Source of the DNA: Vicugna vicugna
Taxonomy: Eukaryota
DNA: 64,000 bases
Assembly: GCA_013265495.1 (NCBI GenBank)
Contig: MU057560.1
Span: 3,596,909-3,660,908, forward strand
Reading direction: 5' to 3'
A program made the position numbers and the translations under genes. A model generated the notes under the pieces. The model worked only from the letters and a program-made list of their open reading frames with translations, was not told the origin of the DNA and did no database searches. Below are positions 12,090-26,004 of this stretch, piece by piece; the first letter of the stretch is position 1; each line of letters begins with the position of its first letter.

Positions 12090-15000
12090 CGGTTGGTTGG
12101 GTTTTATTTCTGTATTTGAAGGGGTAGGGCAAGTTGTACAAACAGTAAGTGCTAGGTTAATGTTAATATTAAGTTATTTTAGTCCTTTCTCAAAATATGA
12201 AGGACTTTGAAGAAGAAAATAAAAGAGAAAATTGAAAGTCTATTTAAAAAATAAATCTTACTTTCCATTACTGTGTTTAAAAAAAAAAAAAAGCAGCTGC
12301 GAAAGGAGTTAAAACTCTTACCAGGAATGTCCTCACACCCTGGTCCATCACCCTTGTGGAGAGAAGTCAGGAGCCACGGGCCTGAGGCCCAAGAGGAAAA
12401 GCCCCCTGCGCAGGACACCAGCCCCCACAGGCCAGCTCTCCAGCCTGCCCCGGGCCTATAGATGGGCTGCGTGACCATCATTCTCCAGACGTGCACACTT
12501 TTACTTTGCACCTTCGGAGGCTCCAAGCATGTCCTCAGGTCTCCCGGAAGGACGCGGCGAGAGCCGGCAGCCCTGCTCACTGGGCTTGGTAACTGAGCCT
12601 GTGTGACAGAAGTGACAATAAGCTCTATCCTGAACTCCCCGCTGTCATGGAAGGTTCCTGGGCCAGCGTCCATCCTGGCCTCGCTCCCACCCTGTGACCA
12701 TCCGTGGGAACACGGCAGCTCTGTGTTGGCTGTTGTCCTGGCTGCATGGGGCTGAGCGGCACCTGTGGAGTAAGTCTGCCTGGGGCCAGTAGTGCCCCCT
12801 CCCTGGCTGTGACAACCACAAATGCCCCAGACTTTGCCTTCTGAGAACCCCCTGGTCTGGTGGCCTCACTCGGCGGCCTGTCCAGCTCGCTCAGCATGAC
12901 ACTCGCAGTCCTACAGAGGACGTGGCCCCACGTGACCCAGGCAGAAAGTGCACGCCAGGATCAAGTCACCTACCCAGCCCGTCAGTGCAGTAAATGTGAA
13001 ACAACCCCAAGGCTGTGTTCTCTTACTTCTGGTCAGTTCTTGAAAGGGACCTTCCAAAGGCTGAGACCCTTCTTCTGAGTCGTGTCTGAGGCCAGATGTA
13101 TTAGCTACACATGGGTCACACTATGCAGGCTCCACCGAGAAGTAAAGCAGCAGAGTCCCGTGGACCCAGCCTTGCTCGTCACGAGCCTTAGAGCAGCTGC
13201 CAATCACTGGAGCTGATGTGATCTGCTTCCTGTTACGTGTAGCCCTGATTTGGGAGAGAAAAATAACCTCTGTTTGAATTAAACTTGAGTATTATGACAA
13301 AAAAGGCCAATTGCTTTAAAGATCCTTCCGATTTTTTTTTAAGTGCAAAAATACAAAACTTGAAGGCATGTGTTACTCAGGAGAGCAGGCACCTGTGCAA
13401 GTGGGCTGCTCAGTGGCCCAGTGGGCTTGGCTTCTGTGGCCTCCAGGGTGGCCTCCCTTCCTGGAAAAACATGCCTCCTTGGCTCATCGGGTTTTAATGA
13501 ATCATTTTGTGAACATTAAACATCTCCTATGGAAATTGTTCCTAATACTCACAGCGAAGAGGAACTTTGGGAAATTCCCAGCTCACTGAAGAGAAAGCTA
13601 GCAGCAGGGCGTGGCACCGAGCAGCCCGTGAGCCGTCTCGTCCTGGGAGCACCTGCCTTCGCTCAGGCCAGGCTCCCTGCTTTGTTTCCAGGTGGATGAA
13701 CTTTCCCAACACACTAAACTCCTGACTCCCAGACTCGTCCCCCGGGAGGTGGAGGGTTTGCCTGACGAGGCAGCTGGGTGAGGCGTCTGGCACACCCACG
13801 CCTGCCTGTCTTAGCCACGTCCCTCCCCAGCTCTGCCAGCATGAGCCCCCACATCTGCCTCGGCTTGGCTCCAGCCTGGACAGGAAGAGGGGCCTCCTCC
13901 ATCCCAGCAGCGCTGCCCCTCCTCACACCGTCCATCCCTTTACTGCTTTACCCTTGTCTCAGCTGGAGACCACAGAGCAAATTAGAGGGCAGGGAGTGAA
14001 CCAAGTCTGTGATCCCCTCTGCCTTTTCTCTTCTTTAGTTCATAATGTCTTTTTTTCCCTAATTATTCATCATAAGACATATTTCTATGACCACTAGGAA
14101 CCAATCCCGTTGTCAGTGATTAACAAGGATCATCAGCATCAGCTATTATCATTTGCAAAGTCTGGATAATGCAGGCTTGTGGGAAAAGATACTGATTGTC
14201 CTTGAAATTTTGCCCTGCAGAAGCAAAATGCTCTGCTGAATCTCAGCTCAGTCTTTTGAACACAATTTAAGACGTGTGTGGTTGCTGAGGACCCTGGGTG
14301 TAATCTCAATAGTGGTTAAGAGCGCTGGAGACAGACTTCCCAGAGTCAGCTCCCACCGCTGGGACCAACCACTCAAGGCTGGCAAGTCTAGGTTCGCATT
14401 CTGCGGGGGGGATGCGTGGGCACGTCCAGCGCCCACCTCAGCGCCCGGCTCAGCAGACAGGAGGGACTTACTGTGCACACGGCAAGGAACACCTGTTACC
14501 CTGCCATCAGCATCCCTACACATCTTCAGTTCTGCAGTTAGTGCTCCGAACAGGATACGTGTGCGGCGGCTGAGACGGCTGTGGCTTCCAGAACATTCCC
14601 CGATGCTCACAAGCATCTTTTACTTGCTGCTTTCTGTCGTCTGTCATTTCTGGGAGACAAGAGGGTGAAGGAGTTACTTGAGGGCTTCCGTTATTTAAGT
14701 TCGGTTACTCTAGATTGAGCTTTACATAGGGAGGTCATGACTATCATTACTGATAAGAAAATAATGTTCAGAATGATTTTTTCTTCAACATTAACTTACA
14801 TTCTGATCTGGTGACAAAGTGGCGTGAGGACTGGTCTCAGCGTCGTGTGACAGCTGCTTTCCCTGGCCGTCGGGGTGTTAGTAGTCATTCAGCTGGTTTT
14901 GATCGCATCCAGACTCTATCAAACTTTATTCTTTTAGTGACATACTTTTAACCTGACTTCTTAAAACTTATAGGTTAAAAATAAATATAGTATAAACTAT

Positions 15001-16116
15001 TAAAATATGAAGAGCTTCACTTTACAGGAAAACTATGCCAGTAATATTGCTACTGTGGATAGTTATTATTGAAGTTATGTCTCTTAGGAGAACTCAACTG
15101 TAAGACACGCTTTACAGAAAGAGCTGTAGCAGCATCTCGTGTGAGGTACAAATTCAGTGCTTCAGTCACTGTAGTTAAAAGTGGTGACTGCTTTTCTTTC
15201 TTACTGACAGGCCAAATTCAGTTTGTTTTTTATTACAGTAGTGGTATAGTCTCAAATGAGTCACTGGCTTTAGAATTTGGTTATTTATATTTTCTGTGTA
15301 TTTGCTCTTAGATGCATTTAACAAGCATCTAATGGCCTAAGGTACGCACAAAATTGTACGGAACATGGAAATGCTGGATTCCATGTAGCTGAGCGCACAG
15401 GTGTGTTTCTGTAGAATTCTTGTGATGCTGCACAGTTTATAGTGTTGGATGTCTTTTACTCATGTTGCCCACGCAGTTTTGAAGGTTTTTCTTCTCAGTA
15501 CAACATGCAAAATTCTAGACACAGTGTAGAAGCTCTTGCTAAACATGTGTAGACGTGCTTGTTGATGTGCAAGTTTGAATTTCACCTCTGTCTTGCGAGA
15601 AGAGATCAAGTAAGCACCGCAAGGAAAACGGCCACAGAAGCCTGGGGGAAGTGTGTCCGCTGCGGCAGTGGCACGAGCACCTGGGCCGGAGTCCTCAGAA
15701 CCAGTGACTGCAGAGCACGGTGTTTAAATCGAGTCTTTGATGATCCAGTCAGGAGCATAAGCATCACCTTTTATCAAATAAGTGTAACTCACGGGAACTA
15801 TCGTGAGTATGCTGTTAAAATGGGAAAAACTGTGTGATATTGTCTTACAGACTATTCAAAATTTAAACAATTATAACCACAAATATTTGCTAAACACATG
15901 GTTGAAGCACATAATTTTATGCAGTTTGACTTGTGTGGATTTAGGGAATGTTATTCCCAAACATGGCTCTTCGCAATGTGCTGATGTCACACAGCCCACG
16001 TGCTTCCAAGGCGTCCGCACACCAAGCCCTGAGGTGTTAAATGATATCTTGCTGACGCATACTTCCAGTTTTCTCATAAAAATGTGAATAATTTAAATAA
16101 GTTTTTCTTGTTTTAG

Positions 16117-16307
16117 GCAATTCAGACCAACCCATAGAAGTGACAGCACTGTATTCTTTTGAAGGACAGCAGCCAGGAGACTTGAATTTTCAAGCTGGAG
16201 ACAGAATCACAGTTCTATCAAAAACAGACTCACATTTTGATTGGTGGGAAGGAAAGCTCCGAGGTCAAACGGGCATTTTTCCAGCCAACTATGTTACCAT
16301 GAATTAA
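16117..16307 (+). CDS. SH3YL1: SH3YL1 last coding exon, SH3 domain: NSDQPIEVTALYSFEGQQPGDLNFQAGDRITVLSKTDSHFDWWEGKLRGQTGIFPANYVTMN*
   Basis: Acceptor cttgttttag|G; SH3 hallmarks ALYSF, DL-F, WW-G, GIFPANYV; stop TAA at 16305-16307. Confidence 0.98.
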
Positions 16308-16866
16308 AGTTTATATTATTTCCTTCTTTCAGAATTATAAGAAAATTATTTCTACACTCACAGGATTTACTATCCAGTTAAACAATGTTTTTAATACAAG
16401 TCCAAATACTCTTCTGTTTATTCCATAAACTTTTATCCTGTATGTAAAAGATTTTTTTCTGTATATAAATGGTTACCTTACGTACCTTTAAATACTTTCC
16501 ACTAATTTTATTACACACACTATTTAATAGTTAATGTCTTCCAATGTATGTGGTCACATTTCTTTTGTGTTCATTTTCAAACATCCATAAACGTTTGATT
16601 TGACCTTGTACGTGATGACTTTAATTTGGGAAGCTTAAGAATGGGGCATGAATTCTAACTGGGTATTAAGTAATACTTAGAGTTGTAGGTACTAACTAGA
16701 ATATTAATTCTTAAAATTATTTCTATACCTTCAAAAGTTGCATATTTATGTTTTATGCACATATATGTAACATGCTATTACACAGAAATTCAACCACTAT
16801 TCATTAAAAAAGATGACATCTATTAACTTTCCTTCTTTGTGAGGTTATGTTCATTTGTAGCAGTAG

Positions 16867-16907
16867 AATAAACTTATGTTGACATGGTTCTGTTGTCCTG
16901 AAATAAA
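16867..16907 (+). terminator. SH3YL1: SH3YL1 polyadenylation signals (AATAAA at 16867-16872 and 16902-16907)
   Basis: Two AATAAA about 560-600 nt after the stop in an AT-rich UTR, followed by a U/GU-rich tract (ctgtttttatcttgtttttc). Confidence 0.7.
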
Positions 16908-17027
16908 TGTTTTAAATGCTCAGTTACTGTTTTTATCTTGTTTTTCTTACTTGCTTTTTGTAAAGTAACCAGAGGTCTGTGGTTGGTCTGCAGGTTAAAA
17001 CTCACCTCCATGATTGTATTCCAAGTT

Positions 17028-20000
17028 CTTTTTTTCAGCTTTATTAACATAAGATTGACAAATAGAATTGTAAATTTTTTAAAAGGTCTGTGATTTGAAA
17101 TACACAGACATTGTAAAAGGATTCTTACTGAGTTAATGAACACGTCCAACATCTCACGTATTTTTTTATTTGATGAGAACCCTTAAGTTCTACTCTCTTA
17201 CCAAATTTCAATTATAGAATGCAGTATTATAACTGTAGTCACCACGCTGTACATTAGCATCCCCAGAACATGCTCCTCTTATAAACTGGAAGTTTGTACC
17301 TTTGATCAACATCTCTTAATTTCCCCCACCTCCCAGCCCCTGGTAAACACCAATCCGCTCCCTGTTTCAATGAGTTTGGCTTTTTAAAATCCCATTTGAG
17401 ATCATACAGTATTTGTCCTTCTCTGCTTTATTTCATTTAATATAATCCCCTCAATTTCATCCATGTTGTTACAAATTTCAGAGTTTCCTTCCTTTGCCCA
17501 GAGAATGAATATATCTATGTCTATCTATAGATCTATCTATAGATAGGTATCTCATATTTTCCTTATCCATTCATCTGTTGATGGACATTTAGGGTTTTCT
17601 AGATATAATAACATGCCGTCTGTAAACAGAGATAATCTTGCTTCCTCCTTTCCAATTTGAATGCCTTTTATTTCTTTTTTTTGCCTAATTGCTCTGGCCA
17701 TGGCTTCCAGCACAATGCTGAAAAGAAGTGGTAAGAGTGGACATCCTGATTGCTCCTGGTCCTGGAGGGAAAGCTTCCTGATTTTCACTGTAGAGTGTGA
17801 TGTTAGCTGTGGGCGGGTCAAACATGAGCATGTTGTTTAATCTCCACATATTTGTGAACTTTCCAGTTTCCTTCTTATAACTGATTTCTAGTTTTATACC
17901 ATTGTGGCCAGAAAAAGATGCTTGATATAATTTCAGTCTTCTTAAATTCATTCAGACCTGTTTTGTGCCTAACGTAGGCTCTGTCCTGGAGAATGTTCCA
18001 CATGCACTTGCCGAGAATGTGCATTCTGCTGCTATTGGATGGAAGGTTCTGTAAATGTCTGTTATGTCCATCTGGTCTGACATGCTATTTAAGGCCAGTG
18101 TTTCCTTATTGATTTCCTATTTGGATGATCTATCCATTGATGAAAGGGGGGGTATCAAAGTCCCCCCCATAATTTTGTATTGCTGTCTATTTCTCCTTTT
18201 AGGCCTGTTAATATTTGCTTTATATATTTAGCTGCTCCGATATTGGGCTCATAAATGTTTACAAACATTTTAGCCTCTTGTTGAATTGACCCCTTTATTA
18301 TTATATACTGACCTTCTCTGTCTCTTATTACAGTATTTCGATTAAAGTCTGTTTTTTTCTGATATAGCTACCTCTGCTTTCTTTTGGTTTTCATTTGCAT
18401 GCAATATCTTTTTCCATCCCTTCACTTTCAGTCTGCATATGTCTTTAAAGCTGGTGAGTCTTTTGTAGGCTTGTTGAGTCTTATCTTTTTGTAAATCCAT
18501 TTAGCTACTCTATGTCTTCTGATAAGAGACTTTAGTCCATTTACCCTTGAAGTAATAATTGATAGGTCAGGACTTACTATTGCCATTTTGTTGGTTATTT
18601 CTTGGCTGTTTTGTAATTCCTCTCTTCCTATCTTCCTCTCTTGATCTCTGTCTTAGTGATTTGATAATTTTATGTAGTGCTAGTCTTAGATTCTTTTCTC
18701 TTCTTTTGTATGCCTACTGTATGTTTTTGCTTTGTGTTTACCATGAAGCTTACAGAAAACATAACAGTCTCTTTTAAGCTGATAACAACTTTGCACACAT
18801 ATTAAACGTCTACATTTTTACCCTCCCACCACATTCTATGTCTTTAATGTCACAATTTATCTATCTTTACCTGTATATCCATCAACAAATTACTGTAATT
18901 ATAGTTACTTCAACGCTTTGTTATTTAACCTTCATACTAGATTTATAAGTGATTTAACCACCACCACCATTACAATAGGAGAGTATTCTGAATGTAACTC
19001 TATTTTTAATTTTACCAGTGAGTTTTATGCTTTCATATGTTTTCCTGTTACTAATTTTCATTATTTCACTTCCTCCTGAAGAACTCCCTTTAGCATCTCT
19101 TGTGAGGCAAAGTCAGTGGTGATGAACTTCTTCAGCTTTTGTTTATCTGGAAAACTCTTTCTCTCTCCTTCAATTCTGAAGGACAGCTTTGCGAGGTAAA
19201 GGATTCTTGGTTGACAGTTTTTTCTTTCAGGACTTTGAATGTATTATCCTGCGAGCTCTCTTCTGGCCCACAAGGTTTCTGCTGAAAAACCCACTGGCAG
19301 TCTTATGAGACTTCCCTGGTCATAATAAGTTGCTTTTCTCTTGCTGCTTTTAAGATAGTCTTCTTGTCTCCAGCTCTCAGCTGTGTGGTTACAATGTCTC
19401 AGTGTGGGGTTCTTCAGGTGCAGCTTACTTGGGGTTCTGGGCTTCCTGGGTCAGGACGTCTGTTTCTTTCCTCAATTTACGGGAAGTTTTCAGCCGTTAC
19501 TTCTCTGAATAGGCTTTCTGCCTCTTTCCCTCTCTCGTCTCCTCTGGGACCTCTGTAATGTACCCATCCAGCTGCTTGGTGGTCCCAAAAGTCCCCTAAG
19601 TGTCTTTACTCTTCATTCTTTTTCCTTTTTGTTCTCTACTTGAATAAATTCTACTGCCATATTTTCAAATTTGTTGATCATTTCTTTTTCTCAGTCTAGT
19701 CTGCTGTTGAACCTCTGTATTTGAATGTTTCAGTTAAGTTATTTTTATTCTATTTTTCAGCTCTATGATTGCTGTTTTGTACTTTGTTCATGGATTGCTT
19801 TCCTGAACCAGTGAGCATCTTTATGCGGGTTATTTTGAACTCTCTATCAGGTAAATCGTTTCTTTCTATTTTATTAAGGTAAGTTTCTGAAGATTTATCT
19901 TGTTCTTTTGTTTAGAATATATTCCCCTGCTTCTTCATTTTCCTTGACTTTCTGTGTTTGTATCTGCACATTAGATAAAACAGCCACGTCTCCCAGTCTG

Positions 20001-21085
20001 GATGGAATGTTCTCATGTAGGAGTTGAATCCTGGCTATCAGCCCAGCCTGAGCTCCTGAGCTCTCAAACCTCTGTGATTGTCCAAACTGCTATCTTTGTT
20101 TTTAGTGGCTCCCAGTAGTTGAGGGTGTACAAAGACCCGTCAGTGTTCCAGAGAAACTCTCAGTCAGCTCCTAGGTGTGGGCTGATTGGAAGCTGGACCC
20201 TCAGGCAGGACTGAGAAAGTATGTAATTTAGCCCTTTCTGTGGAGAAGCTGGGAGATGAGTGTTTTCACTTGCTCAGTCCATGCTGAGCTGCAGGGTATA
20301 GCTGGGGGTATTCCGGTGTCCATTTAAAAACTGCATCTTGGTTTCAGTCCAGTGGGATTCATGAGTGTCAGTCCTGCAGGCCACCAAACTGGGTGATTGG
20401 GGGCCCATCCCTCGAATGGCAGCTATAAAACCTGGGGCACTAGATGTGTGGACAAGCTCCTTCCAGGGAGGTGCCTGGTTTTACTGTTGGGGTGAACCAG
20501 AGCCAGAAGGCAGAGCTCTAGGGAGGGTCACAGCCAGCAGCTAATTAGATGCTGGGCTAATTAGATGCTGGGCCCCAGGCAGCAGCTTGCAAAGTACACA
20601 ACCAAACCCCTTCCAGGGAAGTGAAGCGGGAAGATGGCCTTTCTACCTGCTCTCTCCGAGCTGGGCCCCTGGGGAGCAGCCTCCCCCTGGTTCCTCATTT
20701 GCTACATTCCGGTGGGACTTGTGGACACAGGCCCTGTTAGCTTTCAGAGCTCAGTGACCTGGAAGCTCATCCCTTGGGTGGAAGCCTTAAAGTTGGGGTG
20801 CTAGTCGTTCAATTTAAACCCTTCACTCTGCAGGGAGAAGCTGGGAGTTGGGGTTCCCTCAGCTGCAGGGCAGTGTGCTGGGGGTGGGGTTACGGTGCGG
20901 ATACGCCTTTCCTAGCTTTTCTGATGTGGGTATTTTCTGTCACCTGATGTGTAGGAATCACTCAGCCAGGCTCTAGATTTCTCTCAGAGGAAACTGTTCC
21001 ATGAATGGCTGTGTACTCAGTGCCTCTGTGGAAGGGAAATTCAGGAGCCTCTGGGTTACCATCCTGGTCCTTCTAACTTCTTTCT
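17028..21085 (-). mobile_element. Old L1 (L1M-type) running from 3' UTR to 5' region, with two large internal ORF2 deletions
   Basis: 3' UTR 17030-17595, RT piece 17600-17815 ([25 protein letters not shown]), endonuclease region from 17825 (FSGHNGIKLEI), ORF1 at about 19080-20000, repeated 5' units 20150-21050. Confidence 0.85.
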
Positions 21086-21400
21086 TGAACTCCAGACCCG
21101 TATCTCCAACTGTGCATTTGACAGCTCTATCTGGACCTGTAATAGCATCTCAAACCTTGCTCGTCCAAAGTAAACCCTTGCTTTCCCGCCCCTAAAGCCT
21201 GCCCCTCCCTCAGTGCCCCTCTGGAAATCCCACTCATCCATTGCCTTAGACCACAGGATTGCTTAGGAGCCATCCTTGATTCCTCCTCTCATCTCAAGCA
21301 CTAAATCAAATGCACCAACTTAGTGCTGGCTCCAAAATACTTAGCATACCCAACCATTTCCCACTGTCTCTGTCACCACCACCCTTTAATTAAGGCAAAC
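21085..21400 (+). mobile_element. L2 fragment
   Basis: ctccagacccgtatctccaactg...catctcaaa...gtccaaa...catccttgattcctcctctc resembles L2 3' region. Confidence 0.6.
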
Positions 21401-24400
21401 TCCCAGCCCCAGACTTCCCTCAGATACAGCGTGGATTCCTGCTTCCACACTGCAGCCAAGTGAGCCTCACATGCCAGCTTTTCATCCTGCTTTGCGTCTG
21501 ACAGTCTTACGTTATGTGCAAATGTGTGATGACCTTTTCATAACATAATTCTTAAGACATGGAAAAAGGAGAATATTATCATTACCCAGCAAGAAAGTAA
21601 ACAAACTCTTCCCAACCTTCCTCCCTTTCTGACTCAAAGGTAATCAGCCTGAATTGGCTATTTATTAGTTCCATATATTTCTTTATATTTTCATTATATA
21701 TGTATGTGTCCCAAAGCACTATGTCGTATTGTCTTGGATAGTTATAAGCTTAGAAAATTTACACTTTGAAACTTACAAAAGTGATACAGTGAATGCATTC
21801 ATTTGCCATGGAATTATCATGTGTTCTGATGTATATATTCAAGGAAGGAAAAGATATGGTGGGGAATTTCAGCAGCAAGTTGGGAGAGAACTAAATGAAA
21901 AAAATTGGAATTAAAAAGTAAAATAAACCAAGAACACAATAAACAAATTTAACAGTAATTTAGACACAGCAAAAGGAGAATCATTGAACTGAGGTTAGGT
22001 CTAAAGCCCAGAGAGTTAAAAGGACTAAAATACAGGAAAATCCATTTGCTCATTTTCCTGCTCTGATCAGATTTCAGGCCCCAAAGGTGAGTCGTAAATG
22101 CAGCAGGACCAGCAATGCTGCTCGCTTCTTTTTCCTTTTCTTTCTTTTTTTTTTTTTTGCATGTTTCCTTGGCTGTTCTTTATATTTATTTTCCAGTGTG
22201 AAGTTGAAGAATCAATTTAACCATCTCTGGGGGAAAAAAAAGACTTAGTATTTTTTAGTGGGATTGTGTTAAATTCATATATTAACATAAGGAAAACTGT
22301 CATCCTTATGAAGCTCAGTCGTCCAAAGCAAGGATAAAGGATGTCTTTCCATGTGTTCAAGTCTAATGTTGTCTCTAGGAGTGTTTTAAAGTCCCCTCAC
22401 GTGTAATTTGCATGTTTCCTGTTACGCTTACCATTTTTGTGGATATTTTAGTTTGGCATCTACCTACCTTCAGTATCTCATCCACACCCCTCGCTGCAGG
22501 GGCTTTTACATGCCTCCCCCTTCACCAAGGGTCCTGGAGGAGGAAGCCAAGTCTTCTTCAACTTTGCATTTTCAGTGCCCAGCAAGCAAAAGGCTCTGTT
22601 ACTGAATGAATCTCCATTTCTCAATTGAAGAAAAAATAGGGAGAAGGCACAGGAAAATTAAAGTTTGTCAAGGGCCACGGACTCTAAAAGAACTAGAACT
22701 TAAAACACACCTTTTGAGTCTAGAGAAATTGTCTCTATTTAATGGAATTGAACTGAACCCTCCAACCATTATTCATAGACCACAAGATATTTGTTTTATA
22801 TTTAAGGCCTCACTAGTAGTCAGCTTTTGTATAAAAGACAGATATTTTTTCCTAGTCCAAAATGCACATGAGCATTTCTTCAATATCATCTACAATTTGA
22901 AGATTTTTATCGAGGTTTAATTAGAATTAAAAATACTTTTTTAAAAAGTGCAGAGATCCAAACACCTTTTGAGTTTTGTCTTTTGCCGTCTAGAGCATTT
23001 CCCATACGCTGTCTCTTCAATTTTAGTTTTCTCATTTTCCTGCTATTTAATTACCACATTAATGTATGGTCACTTCGGATGGTCTGGGCTCTGACTCAGC
23101 ACTGTGCTGTTAGTCAGAGCTGCATGTACAAAAGGTGGTAATCAATCTTAACAACTACCCCCAAATGTTTCCAATATCACCAGGCCACTTCTTTTTGCAT
23201 ATTTGTTCTAATTTTGTTTAAATGTGGCTTTATCTTACTGTTTCTAGGAAAGTTGAAAAGAGGCCACAGAATTTCCTGAAAACGTCTCCAGCAGAGTAAC
23301 TAACTTGACCAGTCTGACCTAAGAGACATGGCAGGAAGACTCCCACCACACGGCCGCTGTCAGCTGCTGGAGCACCTGGGCCCAGAGCTCTGGACAGAGA
23401 GGATTCTCCACACTGGAGGTCATGCCACTCTGCCTCAAAGCAGTGCGCATTTTAAATCTGACTGTCACAGAGAACTTAAGAGATGGTCCCTCTTCCCAAA
23501 ATTCTGAAATAAAATACTGGCGTTGGTCAGATGCCTCAGTGCTTGGCATGGTATCGTGGGTGGACAGTGGACTTCGGGGGTCAGTCCCCCCACACTATAT
23601 TCAGCCGGTTACCCATCATGACAGCTTGGAAATTCACTCCTGAAGACACCTGCTCAGCTGGGCTCCAAGGAGGCTGCACCAGCACAGAGCCAGTCGTGCG
23701 TGTTCAGTGAGCGCTTGCTTATTCTTCCTGGAACAGCACTGGCCGTTTTTGGGCATCTTCCATGTTGCAGTGCACACCATCTTCCATGCAAAGGTAATGC
23801 ACAGACTTTTTTTTTAAGCTAAACTAAAAACTGAGTGAGTAATCCTTATGTTGAATAACGAAAAGCCTTGGACTTACCATCAGAAGGTAGTTCTTGCATA
23901 AAAGCAACTCATTATTCCTGCACCTCCCCTGCAATCAGACTGGCTCTTAAAGTAATGATAAAAATGGAGTGAACAGGGCAATGTCTTCTGCTATGGATAT
24001 AACAACTCATTCTCTGGCTTAAAAGTAAAAATAAATTTTACAGAACTGCCAAGAAAACCAAGCCCATTCATTAACATAAAATGAAATTGTAACAAAGGTA
24101 CCACATAATGCAAAATGTTAAAAATAGAGAAAACTGGGGAGGGTAGCTTGGGATTTGGAAACTTTCTGTACTAGTAGCTAATTATTTTTCTGTAAACCTA
24201 AAACCACTCAAAAAAATAAAGTCTTAATTTAAAAATAATATGAAATTAATCCATTTGCTCTTATAACTTAATCCACATAAATAAATTTTAACAGTTGAGG
24301 GAAAACATAATTTCCCTTTTTATATGGAAGTATTAGGCCTTATTTTCAAGTTTCAAACATCACTATATTTACACTGTGTAACTTAAACTTTTCAGGAAAA

Positions 24401-25089
24401 TTAGCAGTTTCAGGCTAAGAATATTCTGGAAGAAACTAGGCAAGAACTTCTGAAGAGCGCATGAACAAAAGCATGGATTTGACAAGAATGGTGACGTCCA
24501 CATGACCTTGGGTCAATAATGGAAATTCTGAGCCTCAGTGAATTTTCACCGTACTCACTTAATATGGTTTTGGGAGGACTAAATGAGCTAAGAACATGAA
24601 AGCTCTGGAAACCTCCAAGGGGAGCAGACGCGGGGGGTGGGGGCACCTGCTCCCTCCTCCAGGGCCTCCTCCACCCACCCTGGGAGTGGTCTCTCCCCAG
24701 CCCATCGCTCCCGGGGTCCAACCCTCCTGAGTTTTGCCAAATGTAATGTTGGATCCAAAGTAGGCAAACATGTTTGGACACCTTGAAAAGCTATTTCCCA
24801 CAAGCACAGGGAAGATGGAAAAGTACTTGAATATCTGTTTTGTAATTTCACACACACTCCAAGAATTTTCAACTGGAAGTTCCTTCTGAAATGAGCTAGT
24901 GGCCAGCTGATTACCCAGTGGGGTGAGGGAGAGACTCCCAGCAGACACAGAGCGGTGGTTTTGGTCATTCCCGTGAAGATGGACTCATTAGGTGGGCGGG
25001 AGCCAGTTCCCCCTAGTGATACTGTCAAGTTCGTCCAGTACAAGATTCTTCCACAACAGGAGAGTGAGCCCAGTTGTTAGGACTGCAGG

Positions 25090-25230
25090 ATCTGGGCCCA
25101 GCCTCCACAGCTGGGATCCCAGTTCACTCTACTTTCTCTGTCTCAGTCGCCTCGTCATTGATGGTGACTGAAGTACTTAGAACAGTGCCCAGCATATAAA
25201 GAGCACAATGAATATTAGCAATTATTGATC
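25090..25230. mobile_element. MIR fragment
   Basis: ctctgtctcagtcgcctcgtc...cttagaacagtgcccagcatataaagagcacaatgaatattagc. Confidence 0.6.
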
Positions 25231-26004
25231 TATTTCTTTGCAATCAGAGGAGTCCCTGGCTGACAGTCTGGCTTAACCAGTTTTTCAAGTGACCACCTGT
25301 TCTCACACTTTAGACAAGATGCGTCAGGAAGGGGAGAAACAGTTCTCCCTTGCTCCATGATGCGATGCCACGTGTATACAGCTGGTGGGTCTGGCTCCTT
25401 ATCTGCAGGTGGGGATGTTTCCCCTGGGTGTGGAACCATGACACCTCCTTGGATCTCAGTTCTGCGAGGGGGGGTCCTTCCCTCCATCTGCCAGGTGAAC
25501 CCCTGGAGGAAGAGTCTTCAGTACAGAAAACTTCATACTTGGCCCTACTAGGGGAGCCCCTCTCCCTCCTGCTTTACATGACCAGGGTTGGTTACAGCAG
25601 CAAAGTAGGGAGGTGGCTAACAGGGCAGGTGGGTTTTTCTTTGCTCTTTGGGGGTCAAGTGGAAGCAAATTCTAAGGAGTGCTCCTTTTATTAGTTGACA
25701 AACTTTTTTGAGTATCTATTTTGTTTGGTATCTTCTGGAGTCCTGGCAATACTGAGGCTGTCCTAATGGAAGGAAGCACAATTCCTAAGAAAGGAAAATA
25801 AACAACTGCAATAATTTCATGGGGTCATAAATGCTATTGAGAAAATAAAGCTGAGTTCTGGGGTCAGGAGGAGGGCTGTTCAGCCAGTATGTCAGGAGAT
25901 CTCTGGGGTGAAATACTGATGCAGGAAGTAAGAAGTGAGTAGAAAGCCAACTGACAAGGGCCAGGTGAGAGTGAGGACCGGTCAAATCCGTCCCGCCTGC
26001 CCTT

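Noticed and set aside
24477..24518. EF-hand-like peptide FDKNGDVHMTLGQ on the + strand
   Set aside because: Lacks Gly6 and Glu12, is flanked by in-frame stops and has no exon support
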